DNA from: Octopus vulgaris
Lineage: Eukaryota
NCBI GenBank assembly: GCA_951406725.2
Contig: OX597821.1
Coordinates: forward strand, 1,550,001 to 1,614,000
Length of the DNA stretch: 64,000 nt
Direction: 5' to 3'
The notes beneath the pieces are model-generated. The model worked only from the letters and a program-made list of their open reading frames with translations, did no database searches and was not told the origin of the DNA. This document shows, piece by piece, positions 25,221-37,589 of this stretch. The stretch's first letter is position 1, and every line of letters begins with the position of its first letter. A program made the position numbers and the translations under genes.

Positions 25221-25679
25221 ATATCGGTGCCTTGTTGTACCATTTATTTACTTTTATATGTATAATTTTACCCTTACGGGCTATCTTTTACTGGAAAGCA
25301 ACTCTTTCGAATTGCATTATTATTTTCATTGAAACTTCTTCACTGTTATCGTTCTGTTAACGTTTTGGCATTCAGACGAGTGTACTGGCATAGATGTGGC
25401 AACATTTGAAATATTGTCTAGGTATATGCAGCTGATGAAGACAAATCAAATCTACGTTTTCAAACGTATTTGAAGAGTCTGAAACCGGTCCTGCATTATC
25501 CGATTCTATGTTTTCCATTTTTGAGATGTTCTTCCTAGAGGTAAGACAAAATTTTTTCATGTTTGTTACACACACGCGTCTTTGCTAGTATATACGCAGT
25601 GAAGCTATACAATAGCGTCGTATTTATTACGATTGCTATTTTTCAGTAAATATCGGTCCCTTGTTGTACCATTCATTTA

Positions 25680-25682
<3 letters not shown>
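25221..25682 (+). mobile_element. Retrozyme/pLTR-like element: 429-bp unit with ~33-bp terminal direct repeat and one hammerhead
   Basis: atatcggt(g/c)ccttgttgtaccatt(t/c)atttactt at 25221-25253 and 25650-25682; (TA)n on both sides. Confidence 0.8.
25426..25496 (+). ncRNA. Type I hammerhead ribozyme, fully canonical
   Basis: AUGCAG-CUGAUGA-AGAC..UCAAA..UACGUUU/AAACGUA.UUUGA..GUCU-GAAA-CCGG-UC^CUGCAU; perfect 6-bp stem I, 4-bp stem II base, palindromic ACCGGU; predicted cut after 25490. Confidence 0.9.
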
Positions 25683-25750
<68 letters not shown>

Positions 25751-25857
25751 CTGACACGACATTTAGACAGATCACAGAGGTTACACACATAGGAATAAGC
25801 AGACCGAGCCTCGACATGGAGACACGATCTGAGCCCTTATATTTTCGAATACGGTAA

Positions 25858-25901
25858 TTTGTGCTGATGAAGGGAAATAACCCAGAAATCGCGATGCACA
25901 G
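25858..25901 (+). ncRNA. Degenerate minimal hammerhead motif
   Basis: UGUG-CUGAUGA-A-GGG.AAAUAA.CCC-A-GAAA-UCGCGA-UG-CACA; G at the cleavage position violates NUH. Confidence 0.6.
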
Positions 25902-26074
25902 ATCGTGTCGTATAGCTAGCTGTAGACGATGTCTCCTGGGGCTAAATTACATCAACATTCGTCCAAAACCAGGATTGCCATGTTCTGTTGGCAAATAATC
26001 TTTACGCCAAATTAGTGTTGCTGAATATCTCTCGTTGTGAGATTTACAAATAGTAATTTTCTAATTGATAGCAA

Positions 26075-26508
26075 CAATGACGACGACGGCGACGACGATG
26101 ATGATAATGGACACCAACACCGCAACTACTAATACAATGACCATCACAATGACCACCAGAATCACAACAAACCACCACCATCCTCACCACCAATAACTCC
26201 ACCCTCATCATCAATGACGCCAACAGACCCACCACCACTACAACCGCCACCACCGCCAAAACAACTACCACCACCATCATTATCACAATATCATCATCAA
26301 CACTAGACTTATCATCGCACTCGCGTTGTCGTTGTCGTTAACGCCCTCCTCCTCCACCTCACCATCATCATCATCATCATCATCCTCATCTTCATCCTCA
26401 TCCTCATCCTCATCCTCATCCTCATCATCATCATCCTCATCTGCTTCCTGTTTATTGTCATCATCATCGTATCGTCGTTACCATTGTCGTTATCGTCATA
26501 CTCTTTCA

Positions 26509-26540
<32 letters not shown>

Positions 26541-26885
26541 CCCCTTCTCCATGACGATTCTTTTTGTTATGGTTGCTGGTGTTGTTCTTTCTTCTTCTTC
26601 TTCTTCTTCTTCTTCTTCTTCTTCTTCTTCTTCTTCTTCTTCTTCTTCTTCTTCTTCTTCTTCTTCTTCTTTCTTCTTCTTCATTTTCTTCTTCTTCTCA
26701 TCAAACTTCATCACCGTCAACATTCTCCTATTCTCCATCTACTCCTCATCTTCATTCTGTCATAAAACAACTAGAACGACAAGAACAACAATAAAACAAC
26801 AGCCGCAAAAATAGCAGCCACGGTAATATCCTCGCGAACATCATCACCATCATCATCAGCAGCAACAGCAACAACAACAATCTAT
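26075..26885. repeat. Trinucleotide low-complexity block (ACC, ATC, ATCCTC, TTC, AAC)
   Basis: Seen directly; duplicated at ~32875-33710. Confidence 0.9.
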
Positions 26886-27494
26886 CTATCTATCTATCTT
26901 TATATATATATATGTCACACACACGCACACACACGCGCACACACACACGAACACGCACACACAGACGCACATGCAAACACACACACACACACACATATAT
27001 ATATTCGTGTGTGTGTGTGTGTGTGTGTAATTTTTTTTGTTTTTTGCTTTTGCAAACGAAGAATCTCGAAAATAACTAAATGTAGAAACCGAAGACAATA
27101 GTGAAATGGAACTGTGCAGAGAATTCCAAGAAGCAGGGAATTATCACGAAGTGAGTATTAATGGTGAAGGAATTAGCTATAAACAGACGTAGACAATAGA
27201 TGGTTCTAGAAAGAAGGTTCAAGAGGAAATAGCGGCAAGAACACAAGAATCTTAAATTAGAATCCTCCCGGATCCTTTAAGAATATGTTTTGTCTTAATT
27301 CATGCATAATTCTTTTTATTGTGTTTAATTTGTTTTTGTAACACACGATATAATATATTTTCGGTATCAATGCGAATTATACGCCAATGTGCGTGTGTGT
27401 GTTTTTGTGTGTATTCATATTCATACATGAATACATAGAAACTTACATATATACATGTGTATATATATGTATATATATATATACATATATATCT

Positions 27495-27537
<43 letters not shown>

Positions 27538-27565
27538 CTATATAATATATATATATATATGTATA

Positions 27566-27607
<42 letters not shown>

Positions 27608-27922
27608 GTCAATTCAAATAAACAAACAATTCAAATTAATATAATACACATATATATGCGAACATATAAATTACTATACATATATACATATATATATATA
27701 AGTCTGATGTATAATATGCATACGTACGTATGCATGTATATACATACGTGTATATATATAATAATGATGCATATGTATGCATGTAGATATATATAATATA
27801 CTCACGCACACACACACATACAAGCATATATATATATATATATATATTATTCACATGTACATGTATGTGTGTATGTATATTTATATGTATGTGTGTGTGT
27901 GTATACATATATATATATATAC

Positions 27923-27955
<33 letters not shown>

Positions 27956-28167
27956 TGTATGTATGTATGTATGTATGTATGCACGTCTAAAGATTCCCTA
28001 TAGTACATAATTGGAAAATGTCTTATTAAGAAATCGTGGTTTAGAACAGAAACAACTACGTTATGGAACAGTGATTTTGGCGATTATTCCAGAACGTACA
28101 GTTTCCAGAATTTATTGAAAACAGGAGCCGACACTTCTTGAATTCGCACTTAACAGTGTTTAAATGA

Positions 28168-28214
<47 letters not shown>

Positions 28215-28226
<12 letters not shown>

Positions 28227-28912
28227 GGAAGTTGTGTGAGTGTCTGTCTCCTACGATTTAGATTCCTAACTACTCCCACATTTTGCGGTGCAGTTTAACC
28301 AAATTCGGGTATCTTATAGTCGTGATTCATACGAAGCCCGTCTGGGTATTAGCGCGCGTCTACAATGAGTCTACGATTTAAAAAATTATTTACCATAATT
28401 TTTTTCCATTTTAACGCATATTTTTTAAATAAAAGGCTCACACCTGCACCTGTGTTGCTTCTCCCCCTTCTTCCCTCCCTCGTGAAGCTGTGGGGAAGGG
28501 AGTGTAAGGAAATCAAGGTCGTAAAGCGTTGTCAAGGAGACCAGCGTTCTTTTAGAACAACGACTTCATGGCTTGAAGACACCAAAACAGAAATGGCTAA
28601 GAAAGCCCGAAAGCAAATTCTACAAAATCGGGAAACACGCCACACAGGGAAGGTTTCCCGCGCAAATAATTTGCACAACCGAATGTTATAGTTGTTGCAC
28701 AACTTTTACTTAAAAAATTATCCAAACACAAACTTTATGGCGATGGTACTTGTGAAATATGGTAATGGATTTTGTAGCCAAAAGGAGAGAGCAGAGGCAT
28801 AGTATGGTGGTGGTGGAGGCGGTGGTAGTGGCAGCGGTGGAGGCGGTGGTGGCGGTGGTGCTGGTAGTGGTGATGGTGGTGGTCGTGTTTGTGGTGGTGG
28901 TGGTGGTGGTGG

Positions 28913-28943
<31 letters not shown>

Positions 28944-29668
28944 GGTCGTGGTCGTGGTGGTGGTGGTGGTGGTGATGGTGGTGGTGGTTGTCGTGGTGAT
29001 GATGGTGGTGGTTGTCGTGGTGGTGGTGGTCTTCGTGATGGTGGTGGTGATGATCATGGGCGTAGTGGTGGTGGTGGTCATGGTGGTAGTGGTGATGGTG
29101 TTGGTCGTGGTGGTGGTGGTGGCTGAAGCTGTCGTCTGGGTTCTTCCAATTTTTTCGTGTGTCGGTGGCGGCGTTGGCGTTCATGCTCGCACCTGCACCT
29201 GTGTAGCTCCTCCCCTTCTTCCCTCCCTCGTGAAGCTGTGGGGAAGGCAGGGTAGGGAAATCAACGTCGTAAAGCGTTGTCAAGGAGACCAGCGTTCTTT
29301 TAGAACAACGACTTCATGGCTTGAAGTCACCAAAACAGAAATCGCTAAAAAAGCTGAAACCAAAACCGGGCATCTTATAGTCGTGATTCATATCGAGCCC
29401 TTCTTGGTAATAACGCGCGTCTACGATGAGTCTACGATTTAAAAAAAATTACCATCATTTTTTTTCCATTTTAATGCATTTTTTCGCTATTATATTGGAA
29501 TAACTCTCTAAAAATGTCTACGATGAGTCAACGATTTAAAAAAAAATTACCATCATTTTTTATTCCATTTTTAATGCATTTTTTTGCTATTTTTTTGCTA
29601 TAACTCTCTAAAAATGCTTATCATAGTTATTTCCCTTACAAACCCGAGCTGCCGGCGATACTGCTGGA
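28215..29668 (+). mobile_element. Non-autonomous Helitron-like element with internal duplication and (GGT)n tract
   Basis: 5' tatataaa..gttgtgtgag..ctgtc; 3' cccgagc(aac)gccgg(g)cgatactgct hairpin end; internal repeats 28439-28606/29188-29354 and 28307-28420/29367-29480. Confidence 0.6.
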
Positions 29669-29691
29669 GTATATATATATATATATATATA

Positions 29692-30200
29692 CTCCACGAC
29701 TTATTCTATCGCTATCTTTAGCCGAACCGCTAGGTTACGAGGACGTAAACACACCAACAACAGTTATCAAGCATGTATATATATGTTTTCGACGGGCTTC
29801 TTTCAGTTTCGATCTACCAAATCCAATCACAAGTGTTTGGTAGGCCCCAGGCTATAGTAGAAGACTCTTGTCCAAGGTACCACGCACTGGAGCTGAACCC
29901 AAAACAATGTGGTTGGGAAACAAGCTTCTTGTTTCTTTATTGCCCACCAGGGGCTAAACACAGGGGAGATAAACAAGGACAGACAAACGGATTAAATCGA
30001 TTATATCGACCCCAGTGCGTAACTGGTATTTATTTAATCGACCCCGAAAGATTGAAAGGCAAAGTCGACCTCGGCGGAATTTGAACTCAGAACGTAAAGA
30101 CAGACGAAATACCGCTAAGCATTTCGCCCGGCATTCTAACGTTTCTGCCAGCGGTGTGGGAAACAAGCTTCTTACCACACAGCTACACCACGCCTGCCCG
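29692..30200 (-). mobile_element. SINE family A with a SINE-B inserted in its head
   Basis: SINE-B at 29931-30156 flanked by 17-bp TSD tgggaaacaagcttctt (29914-29930, 30157-30173). Confidence 0.85.
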
Positions 30201-30793
30201 TATGGGCCCTGGAAGCATGTGGCTAGAAAGCAAGCTTTTTACCACACTGTGTGGCTCTTTGGGCAAGTGTCTTCTAGTACAGGATAATGTGGAGACGCAT
30301 TGCTTAGTAGGTAGGGTGTTGGACTCATGATTGTAAAATTGTGGTTTCAATTCTTGGACCAGGTGACACTTCCTTTCACTTTGTTCCAGTCCACAAAAAT
30401 AGTAAAAATGACTTATCTTGCGTCAGCATTGGTGTACCGTCAAGGGGGGAATACGTACGCCAGAGAAATCTCGAACCCTTAAGAAGCGACCTGGACTAAC
30501 CATAGCCTAATGTAGTTCCAGATACCTTATACATGAGATGATAACCATTTTGTCCATGTCCTAAAATCATTTATTCTTAAGGAATAAATGTTAATGTTAA
30601 ACAATACAACGACTGCTAGGCAACATAAAACCTAATTAATCAATAAAGCTAGAGTTGAGAACAACAAAGACTCGAACGTGTGTTTGGGTATATATATATA
30701 TATATACATACATGTACATATATATAGAAAATGTAAAAATTAATATCAATATCCTTATAAATACATGTTTATACACACACAGACACACATATG

Positions 30794-30826
<33 letters not shown>

Positions 30827-32016
30827 ATACATATACATGTACATATATATAGCAAATATCATAACAATTGATACGAATATCCTCATAAATACATCTTAAT
30901 ACAACATTATGAAGGTTATCCAAAATTAGTGAAGTTCAAATAGAGTATATGAAATATTACCAGTTTATAAACGCTGAGAGAAGCGACGCCTAATTTGAAT
31001 TCAGTCTAAGACAATCCTTAATTTATTCTACATAGGATCTTTTCCTTTAAGAAATGTATTATATAATTACTTCTATATCAATTTCATTAAATTTTAATGG
31101 GAACTTTGCAATAAGGTGTTGGCATAAATTTAGAGAGACATTCAAGAAAATAATATATACTTATAACGCTCGAACAAATAACATAAGTTGATTCCTACGA
31201 CACTAGTGATTTGCCCGATCCACCAATAGAGACATTCATTTTACTATTAAAGGGGTAAAATTGTAAGTGAGAAATAAATGCGAGTGCTAATTATTGTATG
31301 TTAGGTTACTACGTAACTGACTTTTGTTTGCTTGTTGTATTATAATATATGGCTGTTTTGATTGTCTTTTAATCCCAAGGCGACCCGGATTGAAGAAAGC
31401 AAAATTTCTACCCCTGTCCGTTCTTATGTCACATAATTTCAGATATAGATCTAAATCATGTAATACATTTATTTTTATAACAAAATGGAAATTTGACTGC
31501 TATTTCTATTACATGAATAAACCATGTAAAGGTATTTTCGGTGATTGGATTTCCTGTTTTATTCTTTTGAACACAGAAGCAATTTATGTAACACTAATTG
31601 ATCCATTAGCTATGTTAGTTACTGCAACGTATTTGTGGACATATATTGAAACAGAAAAAGACCAAGTATGTTTGTTCGTATATTTTAATGACGTGATTCG
31701 AAGAAAGGGTGTGAGGCATTGACAATTCGCAAATATCCAGAGCTTGACTTTTAAAAGTTAACCAATTACAGGGCATTTCAGCGTATAAATAAATTTAATC
31801 TACAAAATATATTAGTTTATTTTTTATTTGTTAATAAACGAAGAATAGCTTTGAAGGGTTTCCATTGTGAATTTCTCCTTACATCATTCAACCAGTTCGT
31901 GTTTATATTTATAATAGACGTATGATATAATATTGAATATATATATATAATACGTATATATATATAAATAGTTAGATAGATAGATAGAGTCATAGTTGGA
32001 TAGATAGATTCATGCT

Positions 32017-32065
<49 letters not shown>

Positions 32066-32106
32066 GTATATATATATACATATATGTATATGTATATATA
32101 TGCATG

Positions 32107-32171
<65 letters not shown>

Positions 32172-32294
32172 AAAAGTAATGTAAGGTCTGTTTGTCGATA
32201 TTTACAAATGCCAGACGATGAAGCAAATATTTCCGGATTTTGGCCTCGTTCTAGTTAACATAATGTTTGCCTGTCTAGTAATTATTTGTAGATC

Positions 32295-32394
32295 NNNNNN
32301 NNNNNNNNNNNNNNNNNNNNNNNNNNNNNNNNNNNNNNNNNNNNNNNNNNNNNNNNNNNNNNNNNNNNNNNNNNNNNNNNNNNNNNNNNNNNNN
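32295..32394. other. Assembly gap (100 N)
   Basis: Run of exactly 100 n. Confidence 1.
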
Positions 32395-32504
32395 ACACAC
32401 GCGTCTTTGCTAGTATATACGCAGTGAAGCTATACAATAGCGTCGTATTTATTACGATTGCTATTTTTCAGTAAATATCGGTCCCTTGTTGTACCATTCA
32501 TTTA

Positions 32505-32549
<45 letters not shown>

Positions 32550-32656
32550 CTGACACGACATTTAGACAGATCACAGAGGTTACACACATAGGAATAAGCA
32601 GACCGAGCCTCGACATGGAGACACGATCTGAGCCCTTATATTTTCGAATACGGTAA

Positions 32657-32700
32657 TTTGTGCTGATGAAGGGAAATAACCCAGAAATCGCGATGCACAG
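32657..32700 (+). ncRNA. Degenerate hammerhead motif (duplicate of 25858)
   Basis: Identical sequence. Confidence 0.55.
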
Positions 32701-33307
32701 ATCGTGTCGTATAGCTAGCTGTAGACGATGTCTCCTGGGGCTAAATTACATCAACATTCGTCCAAAACCAGGATTGCCATGTTCTGTTGGCAAATAATCT
32801 TTACGCCAAATTAGTGTTGCTGAATATCTCTCGTTGTGAGATTTACAAATAGTAATTTTCTAATTGATAGCAACAATGACGACGACGGCGACGACGATGA
32901 TGATAATGGACACCAACACCGCAACTACTAATACAATGACCATCACAATGACCACCAGAATCACAACAAACCACCACCATCCTCACCACCAATAACTCCA
33001 CCCTCATCATCAATGACGCCAACAGACCCACCACCACTACAACTGCCACCACCGCCAAAACAACTACCACCACCATCATTATCACAATATCATCATCAAC
33101 ACTAGACTTATCATCGCACTCGCGTTGTCGTTGTCGTTAACGCCCTCCTCCTCCACCTCACCATCATCATCATCATCATCATCCTCATCTTCATCCTCAT
33201 CCTCATCCTCATCCTCATCCTCATCATCATCATCCTCATCTGCTTCCTGTTTATTGTCATCATCATCGTATCGTCGTTACCATTGTCGTTATCGTCATAC
33301 TCTTTCA

Positions 33308-33339
<32 letters not shown>

Positions 33340-33797
33340 CCCCTTCTCCATGACGATTCTTTTTGTTATGGTTGCTGGTGTTGTTCTTTCTTCTTCTTCT
33401 TCTTCTTCTTCTTCTTCTTCTTCTTCTTCTTTTTCTTCTTCTTCTTCTTCTTCTTCTTCTTCTTCTTCTTCTTTTTTTTCTTCTTCTTCTTCTTCTTCTT
33501 CATTTTCTTCTTTTACTTCTTCTCATCAAACTTCATCACCGTCAACATTCTCCTATTCTCCATCTACTCCTCATCTTCATTCTGTCATAAAACAACTAGA
33601 ACGACAAGAACAACAATAAAACAACAGCCGCAAAAATAGCAGCCACGGTAATATCCTCGCGAACATCATCACCATCATCATCAGCAGCAACAGCAACAAC
33701 AACAATCTATCTATCTATCTATCTTTATATATATATATGTCACACACACGCACACACACGCGCACACACACACGAACACGCACACACAGACGCACAT

Positions 33798-33839
<42 letters not shown>

Positions 33840-34360
33840 TCGTGTGTGTGTGTGTGTGTAATTTTTTTTGTTTTTTGCTTTTGCAAACGAAGAATCTCGA
33901 AAATAACTAAATGTAGAAACCGAAGACAATAGTGAAATGGAACTGTGCAGAGAATTCCAAGAAGCAGGGAATTATCACGAAGTGAGTATTAATGGTGAAG
34001 GAATTAGCTATAAACAGACGTAGACAATAGATGGTTCTAGAAAGAAGGTTCAAGAGGAAATAGCGGCAAGAACACAAGAATCTTAAATTAGAATCCTCCC
34101 GAATCCTTTAAGAATATGTTTTGTCTTAATTCATGCATAATTCTTTTAATTGTGTTTAATTTGTTTTTGTAACACACGATATAATATATTTTCGGTATCA
34201 ATGCGAATTATACGCCAATGTGCGTGTGTGTGTTTTTGTGTGTATTCATATTCATACATAAATACATAGAAACTTACATATATACATGTGTATATATATG
34301 TATATATATATACATATATATCTATATAACTATATATATATATATGTATATGCATGTATG

Positions 34361-34392
<32 letters not shown>

Positions 34393-34980
34393 GTCAATTC
34401 AAATAAACAAACAATTCAAATTAATATAATACACATATATATGCGAACATATAAATTACTATACATATATACATATATATATATAAGTCTGATGTATAAT
34501 ATGCATACGTATGTATGCATGTATATACATACGTGTATATATATAATAATGATGCATATGTATGCATGTAGATATATATAATATACACACGCACACACAC
34601 ACATACAAGCATATATATATATATATATATATTCACATGTACATGTATGTGTGTATGTATATTTATATGTATGTGTGTGTGTGTATACATATATATATAC
34701 ATATATGTATGTATGTATGTGTGTGTGTGTATACATATATATATATACATGTATGTATGTATGTATGTATGTATGTATGTATGTATGTATGTATGCACGT
34801 CTAAAGATTCCCTATAGTACATAATTGGAAAATGTCGTATTAAGAAATCGTGGTTTAGAACAGAAACATCTACGTTATGGAACAGTGATTTTAACGATTA
34901 TTCCAGAACGTACAATTTCCAGAATTTATTGAAAACAGGAGCCAATATTTCTTGAATTCGCACTTAACAGTGTTTAAATG

Positions 34981-35014
<34 letters not shown>

Positions 35015-35026
<12 letters not shown>

Positions 35027-35730
35027 TGAAGTTGTGTGAGTATCTGTCTCCTACGATTTAGATTCCTAACTACTCCCACATTTTGCGGTGCAGTTTAACC
35101 AAATTCGGGTATCTTATAGTCGTGATTCATATCAAGCCCGTCTGGGTATTAGCGCTCGTCTACGATGAGTCTACGATTTTAAAAATAATTTACCATAATT
35201 TTTTTCCATTTTAACGCATATTTTTTAAAAAAAGGCTCACACCTGCACCTATGTTGCTTCTCCCCCTTCTTCCCTCCCTTGTGAAGCTGTGGGGAAGGGA
35301 GTGTAAGGAAATCAAGGTCGTAAAGCGTTGTCAAGGAGACCAGCGTTCTTTTAGAACAACGACTTCATGGCTTGAAGACACCAAAACAGAAATGGCTAAG
35401 AAAGCCCGAAAGCAAATTCTACAAAATCGGGAGACACGCCACACAGGGAAGGTTTCCCGCGCAAGTAATTTGCACAACCGAATGTTTTAGTTGTTGCACA
35501 ACTTTTACTTAAAAAATATTATCCAAACACAAACTTTATGGCGATGGTACTTGTGAAATATGGTAATGGATTTTGTAGCCAAAAGGAGAGAGCAGAGGCA
35601 TAGTATGGTGGTGGTGGAGGCGGTGGTAGTGGCAGCGGTGGAGGCGGTGGTAGTGGCAGCGGTGGTGGCGGTGGTGCTGGTAGTGGTGATGGTGGTCGTC
35701 GTGTTTGTGGTGGTGGTGGTGGTGTTGTTG

Positions 35731-35762
<32 letters not shown>

Positions 35763-36345
35763 GGTCGTGGTGGTTGTCGTGGTGATGATGGTGGTGGTTG
35801 TCGTGGTGGTGGTGGTCTTCGTGATGGTGGTGGTGATGATCATGGGCGTAGTGGTGGTGGTGGTCATGGTGGTAGTGGTGATGGTGTTGGTCGTGGTGGT
35901 GGTAGTGGCTGAAGCTGTCGTCTGGGTTCTTCCAATTTTTTCGTGTGTCGGTGGCGGCGTTGGCGTTCATGCTCGCACCTGCACCTGTGTAGCTCCTCCC
36001 CTTCTTCCCTCCCTCGTGAAGCTGTGGGGAAGGCAGGGTAGGGAAATCAACGTCGTAAAGCGTTGTCAAGGAGACCAGCGTTCTTTTAGAACAACGACTT
36101 CATGGCTTGAAGTCACCAAAACAGAAATCGCTAAAAAAGCTGAAACCAAAACCGGGCATCTTATAGTCGTGATTCATATCGAGCCCTTCTTGGTAATAAC
36201 GCGCGTCTACGATGAGTCTACGATTTAAAAAAAATTACCATCATTTTTTATTCCATTTTTAATGCATTTTTTTGCTATCTTTTTGCTATAACTCTCTAAA
36301 AATGCTTATATAGTTATTTCCCTTACAAACCCGAGCAACGCCGGG

Positions 36346-36350
<5 letters not shown>
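35015..36350 (+). mobile_element. Helitron-like element (duplicate of 28215)
   Basis: Ends acaaacccgagcaacgccgggcgata. Confidence 0.6.
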
Positions 36351-36391
<41 letters not shown>

Positions 36392-36399
36392 TTTCATCC

Positions 36400-36965
36400 T
36401 TTGATTTGTTGGAGACATATGACTGCGGCCATGTTGGAGCACTTCGAACAAATTGACTCCACGACTTATTCTATCGCTATCTTTAGCCGAACCGCTAGGT
36501 TACGAGGACGTAAACACACCAACAACAGTTATCAAGCATGTATATATATGTTTTCGACGGGCTTCTTTCAGTTTCGGTCTACCAAATCCAATCACAAGTG
36601 TTTGGTAGGCCCCAGGCTATAGTAGAAGACTCTTGTCCAAGGTACCACGCACTGGAGCTGAACCCAAAACAATGTGGTTGGGAAACAAGCTTCTTGTTTC
36701 TTTATTGCCCACCAGGGGCTAAACACAGGGGAGATAAACAAGGACAGACAAACGGATTAAATCGATTATATCGACCCCAGTGCGTAACTGGTACTTATTT
36801 AATCAACCCCGAAAGATTGAAAGGCAAAGTCGACCTCGGCGGAATTTGAACTCAGAACGTAAAGACAGACGAAATACCGCTAAGCATTTCGCCCGGCATT
36901 CTAACGGTTCTGCCAGCGGTGTGGGAAACAAGCTTCTTACCACACAGCTACACCACGCCTGCCCG
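36400..36965 (-). mobile_element. SINE-A with nested SINE-B (duplicate of 29692)
   Basis: TSD at 36679-36695 and 36922-36938. Confidence 0.85.
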
Positions 36966-37556
36966 TATGGGCCCTGGAAGCATGTGGATAGGAAGCAAGC
37001 TTTTTACCACACTGTGTGGCACTTTGGGCAAGCGTCTTCTAGTACAGGATAATGTGGAGACGCATTGCTTAGTAGGTAGGGTGTTGGACTCATGATTGTA
37101 AAATTGTGGTTTCAATTCTTGGACCAGGTGACACTTCCTTTCACTTTGTTCCAGTCCACAAAAATAGTAAAAATGACTTATCTTGCGTCAGCATTGGTGT
37201 ACCGTCAAGGGAGGAATACGTACGCCAGAGAAATCTCGAACCCTTAAGAAGCGACATGGACTAACCATAGCCTAATGTAGTTCCAGATACCTTATACGTG
37301 AGATGATAACCATTTTGTCCATGTCCTAAAATCATTTATTCTTAAGGAATAAATGTTAATGTTAAACAATACAACGACTGCTAGGCAACATAAAACCTAA
37401 TTAATCAATAAAGCTAGAGTTGAGAACAACAAAGACTCGAACGTGTGTTTGGGTATATATATATATATACATACATGTACATATATATAGAAAATGTAAA
37501 AATTAATATCAATATCCTTATAAATACATGTTTATACACACACAGACACACATATG

Positions 37557-37589
<33 letters not shown>

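Larger units (their letters stand above)
25570..32294 (+). repeat. Copy 1 of ~6.7-kb duplication
   Basis: Colinear and nearly identical to 32395-39067 apart from microsatellite lengths, SNPs and small indels. Confidence 0.95.

Noticed and set aside
31324-31722. 132-aa ORF (duplicated at 38087)
   Set aside because: TTG start, AT-rich composition, no motif; its recurrence only reflects the assembly duplication.
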